Source: Octopus sinensis
Lineage: Eukaryota
DNA length: 64,000 nt
Direction: 5' to 3'
NCBI RefSeq assembly: GCF_006345805.1
Contig: NC_043013.1
Location: 35,154,001-35,218,000, forward strand
The number at the start of each line of letters is the position of its first letter. Position 1 is the first letter of the stretch. Shown in pieces: positions 49,894 to 64,000 of this stretch. Position numbers and translations under genes: made by a program. The notes beneath the pieces are model-generated. The model saw nothing but the letters and a program-made list of their open reading frames with translations. It did no database searches and had not been told where the DNA came from.

Positions 49894-52544
49894 ATTCAAA
49901 GAAAAAGCGGAAGAAAGATATTTCTTATACAATATTTGGGAAAGATTTAAAAGAAAACTATAAAAGTGAAAACATATAACTATCATTTTGAACGGAATTC
50001 ATGTTCTTAAACTGTTCTGGACTTTCAATATAGATGTTATAGTTGAGTATTATAAATTAGCGTTCATTGGAATGTATACAGCTTTATAATGGTAATTGGA
50101 AAAGAGAAGAAATACAAATAGTCTCTTTGGGTATTGTGATTCTTTTAATGTGAAGTAAGGTGACTTTGTTGCAAACAAAATTATGCAGATTCCACAATTC
50201 AACAAATCCAAGTGAATGCCCATCGGAGTGAAGATGCAAAACCAAAAATATCATTTACGCAACTCTGCTAAATATGAATAATATTTCAAATTCTTGTACT
50301 GAACTTACATTAAACTCTTTCAAAACCCAGCATTCACAGCATCTCCACTCAATTCAAAATTAACCCTCTAAGATCCAGGTGCATAAGTTTATCAATGTAT
50401 ATATAAAGTGTGAAGGCATGTAGCTTTTGATTCACGGTTGTAAGGTTGTGAGTTCAATTCCCAGTGACGGGTTGCATCCTTGAACAAAACACTTTATTTC
50501 AATTTGCTCCAGTCCACTCAGCTGGCAAAAATGAGTTGTACCTGTATTTCAAAGGGCCAGCCTTGTCACACAATCATGAGGTAGTGAGTTCAATTCCTGG
50601 ATTGGGCTGTGTGTCATGTTCTTGAGCAAGACACTTTATTTCATGTTGCTCTAATTCACTCAGCTGTAGAAATGAGTTGTAACGTCACTGGTGCCAAACT
50701 GAATCGGCCCCTTTGTCTTTCCCTTGGATAACATTGATGGTGTGGAGAGGGGAGCGTGGTATGCATGGGTGATTGCTGTTCTTCCATAAACAACCTTGCC
50801 TGGATTTGTGCTTCGGAGGGTAACTTTCTAGGTGCAATCGCATGGTCATTCATGACCAAAGGGAGTCATTTCTTTAAGCCTAGTACTTATTCTCTTGACC
50901 TCTTTCACCAAACCACTAAGTTATGTTGATATAAACACATCAACATCGATTGTCAAGCATTGATGGGGGTCAAACACAGACACAGGCAGACAAACACACA
51001 CACACACACACACACTCACGCAAATATACATATGTATATATGACCGGCTTCTTTTAGTTTCAGTTTACCAAATCCTCTCACAAGACATCGATTAGCTACA
51101 GGCTATAGTAGAAGAGACTTGCCCAAGGTACCACACAGTGGGACAGAACTTGGAACCATGTGGTTGGGAAGCAAGCTTCTTTCAAAATTAGTTTGCCAGT
51201 TTGACCCTACAAAATTTCAATAACAAAAACAGTTCAGCCACAAGGTTTACTTCTATTGTAAAATGTTTTCTATTTTACAGATAATTCACTGGAAATATTC
51301 AGTCAAGGAAATAAGGGCAAGAATAAAAACGAAAATAAAGAAAACAGGGTAGGGGAGGGTATTTAGGCATAGATCTTTGAGCATGGGAGGTGTTAGTGTG
51401 TTCATAAAGTAAAAAAAAAAATACCGCTAGTCCTAGTTTATCAAAATCAATTACTTAAAATCCTTTTGTTCTTGATTCAAACATAACAATTACCAACGAG
51501 TTTAGTTCTACTTCTGCTCCACCTCTTTCAATATTACCAGCACATTAGAGGTTAAAAGTGACAACCTCTCTCTCTCTCTCTGTCCTTCTCCATCTCAATC
51601 TGTTCCTCTTTCTCTCAGAACTATGAAGTTGATTAAACCAAACAACCGCCAGAGAATGCAACAGCAATGTGAAAGGCGAAGGAAACGGTAAGCTTGGTGT
51701 TGTGGCAGGGCTGTGGTGTGGTGTGGTGTTGATGAGGTTTAGCATGGCGTAGTGCAGAATGGTAGAGAGCGGTGCACTTTGGTATGGAACGGTATTGGTG
51801 TGGTGTGGAATAGCATAGCAGACAGGAATTACTTTATAAAAGAGTGATTATATTCAAAAGGGTAAAACTTTATTTAGTCTTAGATATTTTAGAGTTAACA
51901 TTAACATTGTTGTTGTTGTTGTTATTATTATTATTTTTTTTTAACGGAAGAAAATAAAAAAAAGAAATAGGAAAGAAAAACAAAAAAAAATAACACTGCA
52001 CCACCAACAACAACACATTGATATAAAGCCAAGTACAAATGAAAGTGAAAATGAGAAGAAAAAAATGGTAAAAAAAAATTGTAAAAAAAAAAGAAAGAAA
52101 TGTAAGATGAAAGAGTAAATTCTTGTTGTTGGTGATATTATTATTATTCTTTTTTAATGTTTTTTTTTTTGTTTGATTTTTCTGTTTTCTATATCCTTTG
52201 CTAATACAAATTGGTTCTTAATTTTCTCTATCTGTATAATAACCATAATTCCAAGTCAACATTTATAAAGAAGATCCTTTTTAATCTTCGAAATACCTTG
52301 TTACAGAAGTTTTAGTTTCTTTACGGCTTTTTTTTTGTTTTGTTTTTTTTTTGTTTTATTAATTTTGTTCTTGTTTTATATTTAATGTTTTACTATTGTA
52401 TCTATTCTCCTTATATTTTAGTTTTTTTTTTTAGAAAGATGAGGAGGAGGAGGGGAGATTGAATAATTAGAGAAACAAATGAATAAAAACGACAACTATA
52501 CATATACACATATATATATGTATATGTACATACATACATATATA

Positions 52545-52586
<42 letters not shown>

Positions 52587-53019
52587 TATGTGTGTGTGTA
52601 AATATATATATATATGTATATATATACATACATGTATATATAAGTATATATGTGTGTATGTATGTATATGATGTATAATATATAATAACCAAGTTATTTT
52701 TTTCTCCTTCCCTTAATCAGAAAATCATTTTTGATTTTTTCATCTAAGTAGGCATGTGTGTATACATTCATATATGACAGTGTGTAATGTGTGTGTGTGT
52801 GTGTGATTGTGTGTGTGTGTGTGTGTGTGCGTGCGTACGAGTATGTCTATGAGGGAGGGAGTATTTTTTGATATTGTAATTCTTAGTTGAACATTGATGA
52901 ATTCATTAGCCATCGCTGGCCAAGTGCCATCGACGCAGACAATTAGTGGCACTATGTTGGTTAACTCCAATTACCTATTGAATTAAGCAGGTTACCAGAG
53001 CAACATCTAATGTTGCCTA

Positions 53020-53059
<40 letters not shown>

Positions 53060-53202
53060 ACACACACACACATATGTATATATATGTGTGGGAGAGAAGG
53101 AAAGGGTGAAAGCGGTGAGGGCAATGATGTAGTAATTTTACTGCAGTAACTGTTGCTGTCTTTTTATGGCTGCTGCAGATGATGATGCTGATTTGCAATT
53201 GT

Positions 53203-53530
53203 TATTCCTCCTCCACCTCCTCCTCTTCTTCTTCTTCTTCTTCTTCTTCTTCTTTTTCTTCTTCTACTTCCTCCTCCTCTTTTTCTTCCTCCCCTTTTTG
53301 TTCTTCCTCATCCTCTTCCACCTCTTCTCCTTCCACCTCCTCCTCATCTTCTCCTTCCACCTCCTCCTCATCTTCTTCTTCCACCTCCTCCTCCTCCTCT
53401 TCTCCTTCTACCTCCTCCTCTTCTTCTTCCACCTCCTCCCCTTCTTCTTCTTCCACCTCCACCACCTCCTCTTCCTACTCCTCCTCATCTTCTTCTTCTT
53501 CCTTCTGCTACTCCTCCTCCTCCTGCTACT
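53203..53530. repeat. (CCT/CTT)n pyrimidine tract
   Basis: Direct reading; gives the poly-S/E/F ORFs. Confidence 0.93.
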
Positions 53531-54279
53531 CTAACACCGCATCTGTTTGATTCTTTTCCCCCCTTATTCTATCACTGCTTCTTTGACAGGCAATGTGGAC
53601 ACATTATGAGAATGATCACATATACTAACGAAGAAATTAACCATACCAAGAATTGCTATTCTGAGTTCTTTTCGCTCTGAAAGACCCTTTTGCATCTACT
53701 GACTCAATAACCCCTTATATAAAAAAATAGAATTTCAAAACAATATATAATTAGCATTAAAATCCTGACGATTAGATTCTATGGCTTGGTAGAGCATAGT
53801 TCTTGCTTCTTACAGTAAATTAGAAGAGAGTTAAATATCTCCCTGGATGAGATGTGAGGCTCTCTCAAGTAGCATTCCTTGATAATCTGGGCTATGTGAT
53901 ATATATATACTAATATTAAATATAAGTGCAGGAGCTTGCTTATCAACCACATGGTTCTGGGTTCAATCCCACTGTGTGACTTCTTGGGCAAGTATCTTCT
54001 GCTATAGCCTTGGTCTGAACAAAGCCTTGTAAGTGGACTTGATAGACGGAAACTGAAAGAAGCCCGTCATATATATATATATACAGACCCCACAAAAAAC
54101 ATATATGGCCTTCAGCAGACCCAAAAGTGCCAACTGGGGCAGACTGCCCCTACAGTCCTCCAGCTACACTAGTGCATATGCATCTAATTAAATTATGCAG
54201 CTCTTCCACAAGAACCTGTCCTTCCTTGCCTTCACCCCACTTTCTCTCATATTTTAACCCCTCCACCCAAGCATAAAGC

Positions 54280-54413
54280 CAGCGGTGGTGGTGGTGGTGA
54301 CGGTGGTGATAGCTGTAATGATGATGATGATGGTGGTAGTGATAATGACGATGACAATGGTGAAATGATGATGATGATGATGATGGTAGTGGTAGTGGTT
54401 GTGTTGGTGGTGC

Positions 54414-54448
<35 letters not shown>

Positions 54449-54800
54449 GCACTGATGATGATGTTGATGATGACGATGATGATAGTGATGATGATCATGA
54501 TGGCTGTGATGATGATGAGGACAATGGTGAAATGATGATGATGATGATGATGGTAGTGGTGGTGGTGGTGGGGGTGATGATGATGATGATGATGATGATG
54601 GTGATTGTGCTGATGATGATGTTGATGACGACGATGATGATAGTGATGATGATGATGATGATGGTAGTGGTGGTGGTGGTGATGATGATGATGACGACGA
54701 TGATGATGATTCTGATGATGATGATGATGGCAGTAGTGGTGGTCGTGATGGTGATGATGATGATGATGATTCTGATGATTCTGATGATGATGATGACACG
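54280..54800. repeat. (GAT/GGT)n compound tract
   Basis: Direct reading; gives the poly-H/M/S ORFs. Confidence 0.93.
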
Positions 54801-55284
54801 TGTAAGTATAAATCGAAGCGACCAGATAGTCCAGCTCAGCCAAGAACGGCTGCAAGATACTCCCACTGCAGACAAAATTGCAATAATATAATAACTGGGG
54901 TTACATTTAACGAGCAAGTTCTTCTCTAAAAAGCATAATTATAGAAGATATTTGACCCAATATTAACCAAAACTGCAATGAATGGGAACAGAGAGACACT
55001 CCCTCCAAGCCCACCCTACCGCCCATTGCCCCCCCACATTTTCATATCTTGCCAACATTTGAATGTATTTTGCACAGGCACAGGAGCAGCTGTGTGGTAA
55101 GTATCTTGCTTACCAACCACATGGTTCTGGGTTCAGTCCAACTGTGTGGCACCTTGAGCAAGTGTCTTCTACTACAGCCTTGGGCTGACCAAAGCCTTGT
55201 GAGTGGATTTGGTAGACGGAAACTGAAAGAAGCCTGTCGTATATATATATATATATATTTATATATGTGCGTGTGCGTGTGTGT

Positions 55285-55348
<64 letters not shown>

Positions 55349-55935
55349 TTGTGTGTCTGTGTTTTTACCCCCAACATTGCTTGACAACTGATGCTGGTGT
55401 GTTTACATCACTTAGCGGTTCAGCAAGAGAGACTGATAAAATAAGTACTAGGCTTACAAAGAATAAGTACCAGGGTTGATTTGCTCGACTAAAGGCAGTG
55501 CTCCGGTATGGCTGCAGTCAAATGACTGAAACAAATAAAAGAATAAAAGAATATAAAAACCTACAAATATTTTCAAAGTATAAAAGAAGAAGAAAAATAT
55601 TTAAAACATTTTATAAATGAAGCAAAGATAACATATCTATATCATGACTTCACAGCTTCAGCAATTTCTGAAATCCCAGAGCAGACATGAAAGCAAAAAA
55701 AAAACCAAAAAAAAAAAAAAAAAAACCCACAAAAAAAAAAAAAAAAGAAAAGAAAAGAAGCAAAAAAATAGTTCTTTAATTTTGGTAAGTTGCATATGAG
55801 GTGAGGTTGTAGTGCACAAGAATTGATAAGATATCAGGCAGTTAGTTTATGGCTTGTGAAGTTACATCCCATAACATAGATTGTAAGGTATCTATAGACA
55901 AATAATCTGGAAAGTCTGCTCTGTGTTGCTGCCAA

Positions 55936-56834
<899 letters not shown>

Positions 56835-56836
<2 letters not shown>

Positions 56837-56974
56837 GGAGTAAACACATAAATGTGAACAAGGTGGAAAAAAGAGTACTCAAATACCAGTGGTAGAGTAA
56901 TATGCTTTATTTTAAGCAGCAGAAAATTCAACAAATTCAACAGATTTTTTTGAATTTCTGCTGCTTAAAATAAA
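56835..56974. mobile_element. Short element in (TA)n ending in a 25-bp hairpin
   Basis: Arms 56906-56931 and 56950-56974, one-base indel, 18-nt loop. Confidence 0.7.
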
Positions 56975-57025
56975 TATATATATATATTATATATATATAC
57001 ATATATATATATATTATATATATAT

Positions 57026-57061
<36 letters not shown>

Positions 57062-57317
57062 ACATATGTGCATATGTATATATTTACTCAGCAAATAATA
57101 AGACTTATTTTAACTTTCACTTTGAAAGGGTGCATATTGAAATCAGGAACATTACACACAATACACACATACATACACACATACACAAACACACAAACAC
57201 ACACACATACACAAACACACAAACACACACTCTCCATGCGTGATGTGTGTGTGTGTGCATACGTGTGTACCTAGGAATTTGACTTCACATACCCCAAACG
57301 ACTTTTTACTCTTTGTC

Positions 57318-57366
<49 letters not shown>

Positions 57367-58102
57367 TCTCTCTCTCACACACACATTACAATGCAATCAG
57401 TGTTACTGGCAGGCATCTACCACTTGTGTACACTTGTGTAATTTGCTTTTACTATGATTACTTCCAAGACAGCAACTCAGAAAGGTCCCTTATGCAGTAT
57501 AACATTTTGCCCAGGAAGTCCTACATGAAATCAGGGCTTTCAGAAACAGTTCTGTCTAGATCACGTAAACAAATTTTTGGCATATATATATATATGTATA
57601 TATAGTGATGTATACATTTTAATCATGGGTTTAAATTCTGCTATATATTTTTCATGAAGACAAATGCTACTGTTGTGAGCATATTGTATTTCATGGAGTC
57701 TTATTGTCAGAGATAAGAGTTCCCTTTCAATGCAGGTCTGGAGAAGTGCCATTCTAATGTTTAAAACTACCAATATTTGGTTAACTTACCACATGGAACT
57801 TTTGCATGAATTGGCATTAAAAACAGAGTTGGTACTGAAACAATTGTAAATGGTCATTAACCCATAAAGCGCTGGGATCTGCACTTACATAGCATGGACT
57901 GCTGACTACATTTTATGAAAACGAGACTACCATGCACACATAAAAAACAAAAAAATAGTTTAAATATCTTCTTAGTATATAATGGTGGCAAGTTTTTTAC
58001 ATCATCTGAAAAGTCATTAGTTGAACCATTAGTCCTGCATTCTGTGGGTTACCAGAGCATTTCAGTGACATTAGACCCCAACAAATTACCATATTTGATG
58101 GC

Positions 58103-58202
58103 NNNNNNNNNNNNNNNNNNNNNNNNNNNNNNNNNNNNNNNNNNNNNNNNNNNNNNNNNNNNNNNNNNNNNNNNNNNNNNNNNNNNNNNNNNNNNNNNNN
58201 NN
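58103..58202. other. Assembly gap (100 N)
   Basis: Run of n. Confidence 1.
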
Positions 58203-58276
58203 TCTATCTTCTATCTTTATATATGATATATAGATATATACACACACACGCACCAGCATGGAAGAAGGACTTTAAA

Positions 58277-58310
<34 letters not shown>

Positions 58311-58341
58311 AATGCTATATATCATCATCATCATCATCATT

Positions 58342-58380
<39 letters not shown>

Positions 58381-58998
58381 TGTTTCTTTATTACCCACAA
58401 GGGGCTAAACATAGAGGGGACAAACAAGGACAGACAAATGGATTAAGTTGATTACATCGACCCCCAGTGCGTAACTGGTACTTATTTAATCAACCCCGAA
58501 AGGATGAAAGGCAAAGTCGACCTTGGCTGAATTTGAACTCAGAACGTAATGGCAGACGAAATACGGCTAGGCATTTCGCCTGGCGTGCTAACGGTTCTGC
58601 CAGCTCGCCGCATCATCATCATCATCGTTTAACGTCCGTCTTCCTTGCTGGTAAAGGCTAGACAGTTTGTCAGGAGCTGGCCAAGCAGGAGCCTGCACTA
58701 GATTTCTGTGTCTGTTTTGGCAGGGTTTATGGTTGGAAGCCCTAAGCACGGTGTTCCCTTGTGGCTGTTTAGTATAAAGGGGATAGTCATTTCTACATAA
58801 TACTTGGATAGGATCAGAAGTCGAAATTCGAGAGCAAGGAACAATAAAGAAGATGCATAGCATATACATACTGCTAGAAGGATAAATAGGGAGAAAGGCT
58901 GGAGAAAATGGAATTAGAATAGGATGAAATAAAATCAAGTGAAAGAGGTAGACAAAATTAAATAAAGCAAGCATTTTTTAAAAGTTCATGGACATATA

Positions 58999-59409
58999 GG
59001 CGCAGGAGTGGCTGTGTGGTAAGTAGCTTGCTAACCAACCACATGGTTCCGGGTTCAGTCCCACTGCATGGCATCTTGGGCAAGTGTTTTCTGCTATAGC
59101 CCCGGGCCGACCAATGCCTTGTGAGTGGATTTGGTAGACGGAAACTGAAAGAAGCCTGTCGTATATATGTATATATATATATATGTGTGTATGTGTATGT
59201 GTTTGTGTGTCTGTATTTGTCCCCCTAGCATTGCTTGACAACCGATGCTGGTGTGTTTATGGCCCGTCACTTAGTGGTTCAGCAAAAAGAGACCGATAGA
59301 ATAAGTACTGGGCTTACAAAGAATAAGTCCCGGGGTCGATTTGCTCGACTAAAGGTGGTGCTCCAGCATGGCCGCAGTCAAATGACTGAAACAAGTAAAA
59401 AAAAAAAAA
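58999..59409 (+). mobile_element. Full-length SINE family B, same subtype as the 22.3 kb and 23.2 kb copies
   Basis: Shares diagnostic gcatcttggg and ctgctatagccccgggccgaccaatgc; poly(A) tail. Confidence 0.9.
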
Positions 59410-62204
59410 GTTTAAATGTCAAAGGATGCAGTCAAGGTTTGTTGATGTAGATGACGGACTCTCTCGTCAAAGTCGATGTGTGAGTGTTCTGCTTTCGTTG
59501 AATGACCTGCACAAACGATTTGTTTATAGAGATAAAATGTTTGTACTCCCTCTCCATCAAATCGGTGATCTATGAACGTGTACATGGTGTACCATGTGTC
59601 AGGTGTCAAAGCGATCGCAGAATAATGTCAGATGAAGTATTTTGCTGAAGAACACAATGCACCACCTGGGCTAAGAATTGAAACCACGATCTCACAATCA
59701 TGAGTACAGTACCCTAACCGCTGGTGATGGTGGTGGTGGTGGTGGTGGTAATTGTGGTACTGGCAGTATGGCAGTTGAGCAAGATTTTAATGGTATGTGC
59801 TAACGACTATGGCAATATTGATGTAAATAACCATGGAGAGAGTGACCAGTTTTGGTTGTTGCTGTTCTTGTTTCCATTTATGATGTTGTTGATATCATTG
59901 TTTAGTCCATTCAAGATCTTATCAACAAGCATTCCAGTCATTACCATACAATCTGTTTTTCCTGATTATAGTGCTCCCAGGACCACAAAGATCCAATGCT
60001 CCATTCTTCTCTGATGGTTAATGGATTGGATGCAGCACTGATGAAAGAGCAACAACTCCTGAAATGTGCATATACACACCCATTACCAATTTTTCCATTT
60101 TCAATCACATTATTTACATTAGATGTATTCAGATACAAAATGTCATCACAAATCAGAGCTGGCTATAATTTCAATAGATAATTCATAGAGATAATCTTAA
60201 AGTGTGAACTGAAGAAGACTTATGCTTTTGAGAGCGTCTGAAGATAATTCAGCGCTAAGGAGATGATCATTATTTAGTGATGAGGAGAAAGATAGAGATC
60301 ATGGTGATTGAATGATTGCATGTTAGTGTATTTTAGCTTCTATTTTTTTACTTCTTTCAGTCATTAAATTGTGGCCATGCTGGAGCACCACCTTGAAGTG
60401 TCTAGTTGATCAAATCAATCCAAGTATTTTTATTGATCTCTTTTGCCACATCTGCTAAGTTAGAGTGATGCAAAGAAATGGACACAGGTGGAGAGAAGAC
60501 AAGCACATGTTCAAAGACGCATACAGATTCTGTTGACTAAATTCACTCGTAAGGAATTGGTCAGTCTAGGATCATTGTTGAAGACGTTTGTCCAAGGTGT
60601 CACACAGTAGAACTGAATGGAAAATCTCATGGTTGCAAAGTGAGCTTCTTAACCACATAGGCTGGCTTGCACCTTTTTGTTGACACTCATGAAAAAAAAA
60701 AATTTTCAAGTGATCTCACCACAATTTGAACTCACAACTCAAACAAATATCTCAAGAAATTCTGCTGAACACCCTAACAACTGCACCAACTCAGCACTAG
60801 ACTAAATTATTTATGTTAAAGTAACTTGTGTAGCACTCTAGTTTTCCACTGTCATAATTACACTTCTTTAGGCAAAAACAGTTATATTAACCCCTAATTT
60901 AAACCATTTTGATGGCTTAATCTTAATTGTTAAAACTATGACAAAATCAAATTTGGCAATTATTAATGTAATTTGATTTCCCCTAATATATTCTGATGGG
61001 TGGCCATTGTTTACAATTTTACAAATTTTGTCTCACTTGGCTTTAACTCATCATCATCACTTAACGTCCGTTTTCCATGCTAGCATGGGTTGGACAGTTC
61101 AACCGGGGTCTGGTAAGCAAAGGAGGCTGTACCAGGATCCAGTCTGATTTGGCAGTGTTTCTACAGCTGGATGACCTTCCTAACGCCAACCACTCCGTGA
61201 GTGTAGTGGGTGATTTTTACGTGCTAGCAGCACAAGGGCCGGAGCGGGCTGGCAAACAGCCACGATCGGCTGGTGCTTTTACGTGACACCGACACGGACG
61301 CCAATCAGGCGGCGCTAGTATCTGCCACGTTCGGACGGTGCTTTTTACGTGTCACTGGCACGGGTGTCTTAGCTACAATTTCCATTTCGAAAATATATTT
61401 AAGAAATCCCTATAATATCAGTATTCATTTTCATACTATATTTATACAGCCGCTTACTTGCTTGCCTCGTGTATATACATCTATATTAGTAAATATAAAT
61501 GTACTTTTATGCAGTTATAAGTGGTTTATCTCTTATTTCTGACAATATAAGTGACAATTAGTGATGACAAAATTTTGCCTATAAGGTTTTATATTGTGCC
61601 CAGCTGCCCACATTAATATTATATATTTATATGTATATATAAAATCGACATCAAATACAAGATTGCTGTGTTACAGAATAACATGTCATTGCGTCTAATT
61701 ATTAATTGTTTCATTATCACAATATCTGCAATATTCATACACTCACTCAAGTACATGCTGAATGCACATGTGCCCAAAATGAACGCATACTCAACCAAGC
61801 AAAACATTATGTTTATTTGTATGTGTGTGTACATATATACACACATGCATGCATGCATACATAGATACATACATACATACATACATACATACATTCATAC
61901 ATACATACATACATACATACATACATACATACATACATACATACATACATACATGCATATATACATATATGCATATATACATACTGTTTCCTTGGTATTT
62001 AATTGTTTCAGTTATTGGTCTGCAGCCTGGATAAGGCACCGGCATGAAAGGTTTGGTCAAAATAAATTGACTCCAGTACTTATTTATCAATACTATTCTA
62101 TAGAAAACCTTTGCTGAACAGTTAAGTTATGGGGATGTAAACAAACTAACACTGGAAGGCACATGCTCACATCTACACATACATACATACATACATACAT
62201 AGAG

Positions 62205-62527
62205 GAGCAATGATATGTACCATAGAGGTCAGCTGCCCTGCAGATATAAATATCTCTTTGAAAATCAAAGAAAAAGAGGACATCTATGGACAACAGCTTC
62301 GAAACCCCCAGCTTCTATATCTCACATTAGAAATTCATATTCATACCAATAATAATTGGAGCACTAGGTTTTGAAAGTAAATGCTTAAAGGAGAATCTGG
62401 ATAAACTGAGATTTTCAGAAAGATGAAATCGACCGGCTAATTCGTACATTACAAGTGCAATCTGGGAGTGGAACGGTAAAAATATGCAAGACTTTTATTA
62501 AGTTCCAAATGCAAATTTGTCTGTGTT
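62205..62527 (+). pseudogene. Second copy of the R4/Dong-like endonuclease 3' end seen at 10232-10560
   Basis: catagaggtcagctgccctgcagatataaatatctctttgaaaatcaaag...caagtgcaatctgggagtgg is the near-identical reverse complement, with frameshifts. Confidence 0.85.
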
Positions 62528-62647
62528 AATTAAAGATGGAGCCTTGTATCTTTGTTGGAAACCAGCTCCCTCCACAGTGGAAGATTTACAATAATTAAGA
62601 AATAGAGGAGACACATACATACATACATACATACATACATACATACA

Positions 62648-62681
<34 letters not shown>

Positions 62682-62736
62682 CATACATGCATACACACAA
62701 ACATACATACGTACAGACTTTGTGCTAATAGTAAAA

Positions 62737-62831
<95 letters not shown>

Positions 62832-62877
62832 CATTATTATTATTATTATTATTATTATCATTATTATTATTATTATT
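62737..62877. repeat. (ATT)n tract at the 3' end of the Dong/R4 LINE
   Basis: Direct reading. Confidence 0.96.
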
Positions 62878-64000
62878 GACTTGACTCAGGTTCGTTCTTA
62901 TTCCTGGCAGAATTAAGGTGGGCAGCTGGTTATTACCTGTAACCTTTGGTATCCATAATCTTTCAAGAGTCTTTCAAGTGCTTAGAACCCTCCTGATAAT
63001 CTTCCCTGTCCCTAAGAGGCAAACTTTCTGTAGAAGCTCTACAAGACATTCTATTCCAACCTCCTTCAATCATTTGTCTATATCTTTGCTTACAGTTCCC
63101 AATGCACCAATTTTTATCAGCACAACCTTTACACTTTTCATTTTCCAAATCCTTGCTATTTCAAATTTTAAGCGATTGCATATTTTTTGTTTTCCATGTT
63201 CTTTCTTTACAATCCTAGAATTAAATGGATACAATGGATCAATTAGTAGGCAACTTCACTTTTCCTTGTATATTATTGTTATGGTTGGTCAATTATTTCC
63301 AGGTTCTTGTCTATTTGATAAGAAAAGTCTCACAGAATCTTACAATTCTTTGACTCCAGCATTCTTTCAACCCAATGTTCATACCATGCCTCCCCATTTC
63401 TGACAAAGCTTCCAATGTAAAACTTTTACTACTTGGTCATGCCTCCATTTCTTATATTCTTCATGTGGCAACTAGGGAAATTCTGCAACAATGTATGCCA
63501 CTGTCTCATTCTTAGTTCCACACACTCTACCCTTTTTTGACACATTCTCCCCATATACATTTCCCCCTCATGTTGCTTGTTTTTATTGCTTGATCCTGGG
63601 CTGCTACAATGAAGTTCCATGTTTCTCTTAATTGCCTTTTTTTTTTCATCAAGCCCAGGATTTTGTTCCACAAACATCTTCAGTGGCTCTCCAAAACTGA
63701 CCATGCAGAAGTTTCTCTTCAATTTGTCTAACGTGCTCTCTTTGTATTTCATTCTTGTCCTTTTTCTCATATTCAATATTTGATCACCTGTTCCTTACTC
63801 ACCATCTTTAACAGTTTCCCTGTGCTGTTCTGTAAATAGGCTTTTTCTTACCATCTGTACGCACTCTTCCACAGAAATTAAGCCTCTTCCAATCTAGTCT
63901 CTCTTCAGGTACAATCAGTTGATTTCAGCTTTGAGCGGGTGGGCTCCATACATTGTCAAAAGCTTTCTAGTTTACCTGTCAAGCTTCTGTATGTCGTTTT
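62878..64000 (-). mobile_element. Decayed R4/Dong-clade LINE (RT thumb, zinc knuckle region, RLE, 3' UTR), continuing beyond the window
   Basis: RKLLTMYGAHPLKAEIN*LYLKRD*IGRGLISVEECV; RHDQVVKVLHWKLCQKWG; FEIARIWKMKSVKVVLIKIGALGTV...LLQKVCLLGTGKIIRRVL* (stop 62974-62976); ends in (AAT)n. Confidence 0.88.

Noticed and set aside
53179-54891. Ser-rich, His-rich or acidic proteins
   Set aside because: All frames on both strands are open only because trinucleotide repeats lack stops.

Overview
AT-rich eukaryotic DNA dense in microsatellites and retroelements. The SINE and LINE repertoire suggests an octopus (coleoid cephalopod) genome; this is an inference from recalled repeat families, not a database search. 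Almost all ORFs in the supplied track are microsatellite or SINE translations. Supported content: four tRNA-headed SINE families (labelled A-D here), a young 5'-truncated RTE LINE (17.6-18.7 kb), decayed restriction-like-endonuclease LINEs (Hero-like; R4/Dong-like x3), a CR1 3' end, a Ty3/gypsy pol remnant, pogo-like and piggyBac-like transposase remnants, a MITE with an 8-bp TSD, three local tandem duplications and a 100-N gap. The most interesting signal is a set of hammerhead-ribozyme-like motifs from three sequence families, carried in short Penelope-pLTR-like elements lodged in (TA)n tracts. Three fold-back palindromes accompany them, and the best motif, at 47,924-47,992, is a fully paired three-way junction. 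A tentative phase-consistent 7-exon minus-strand gene (39,826 to 32,542, 142 aa, unidentified) was assembled by hand. No CRISPR array, rRNA or true tRNA gene was found.
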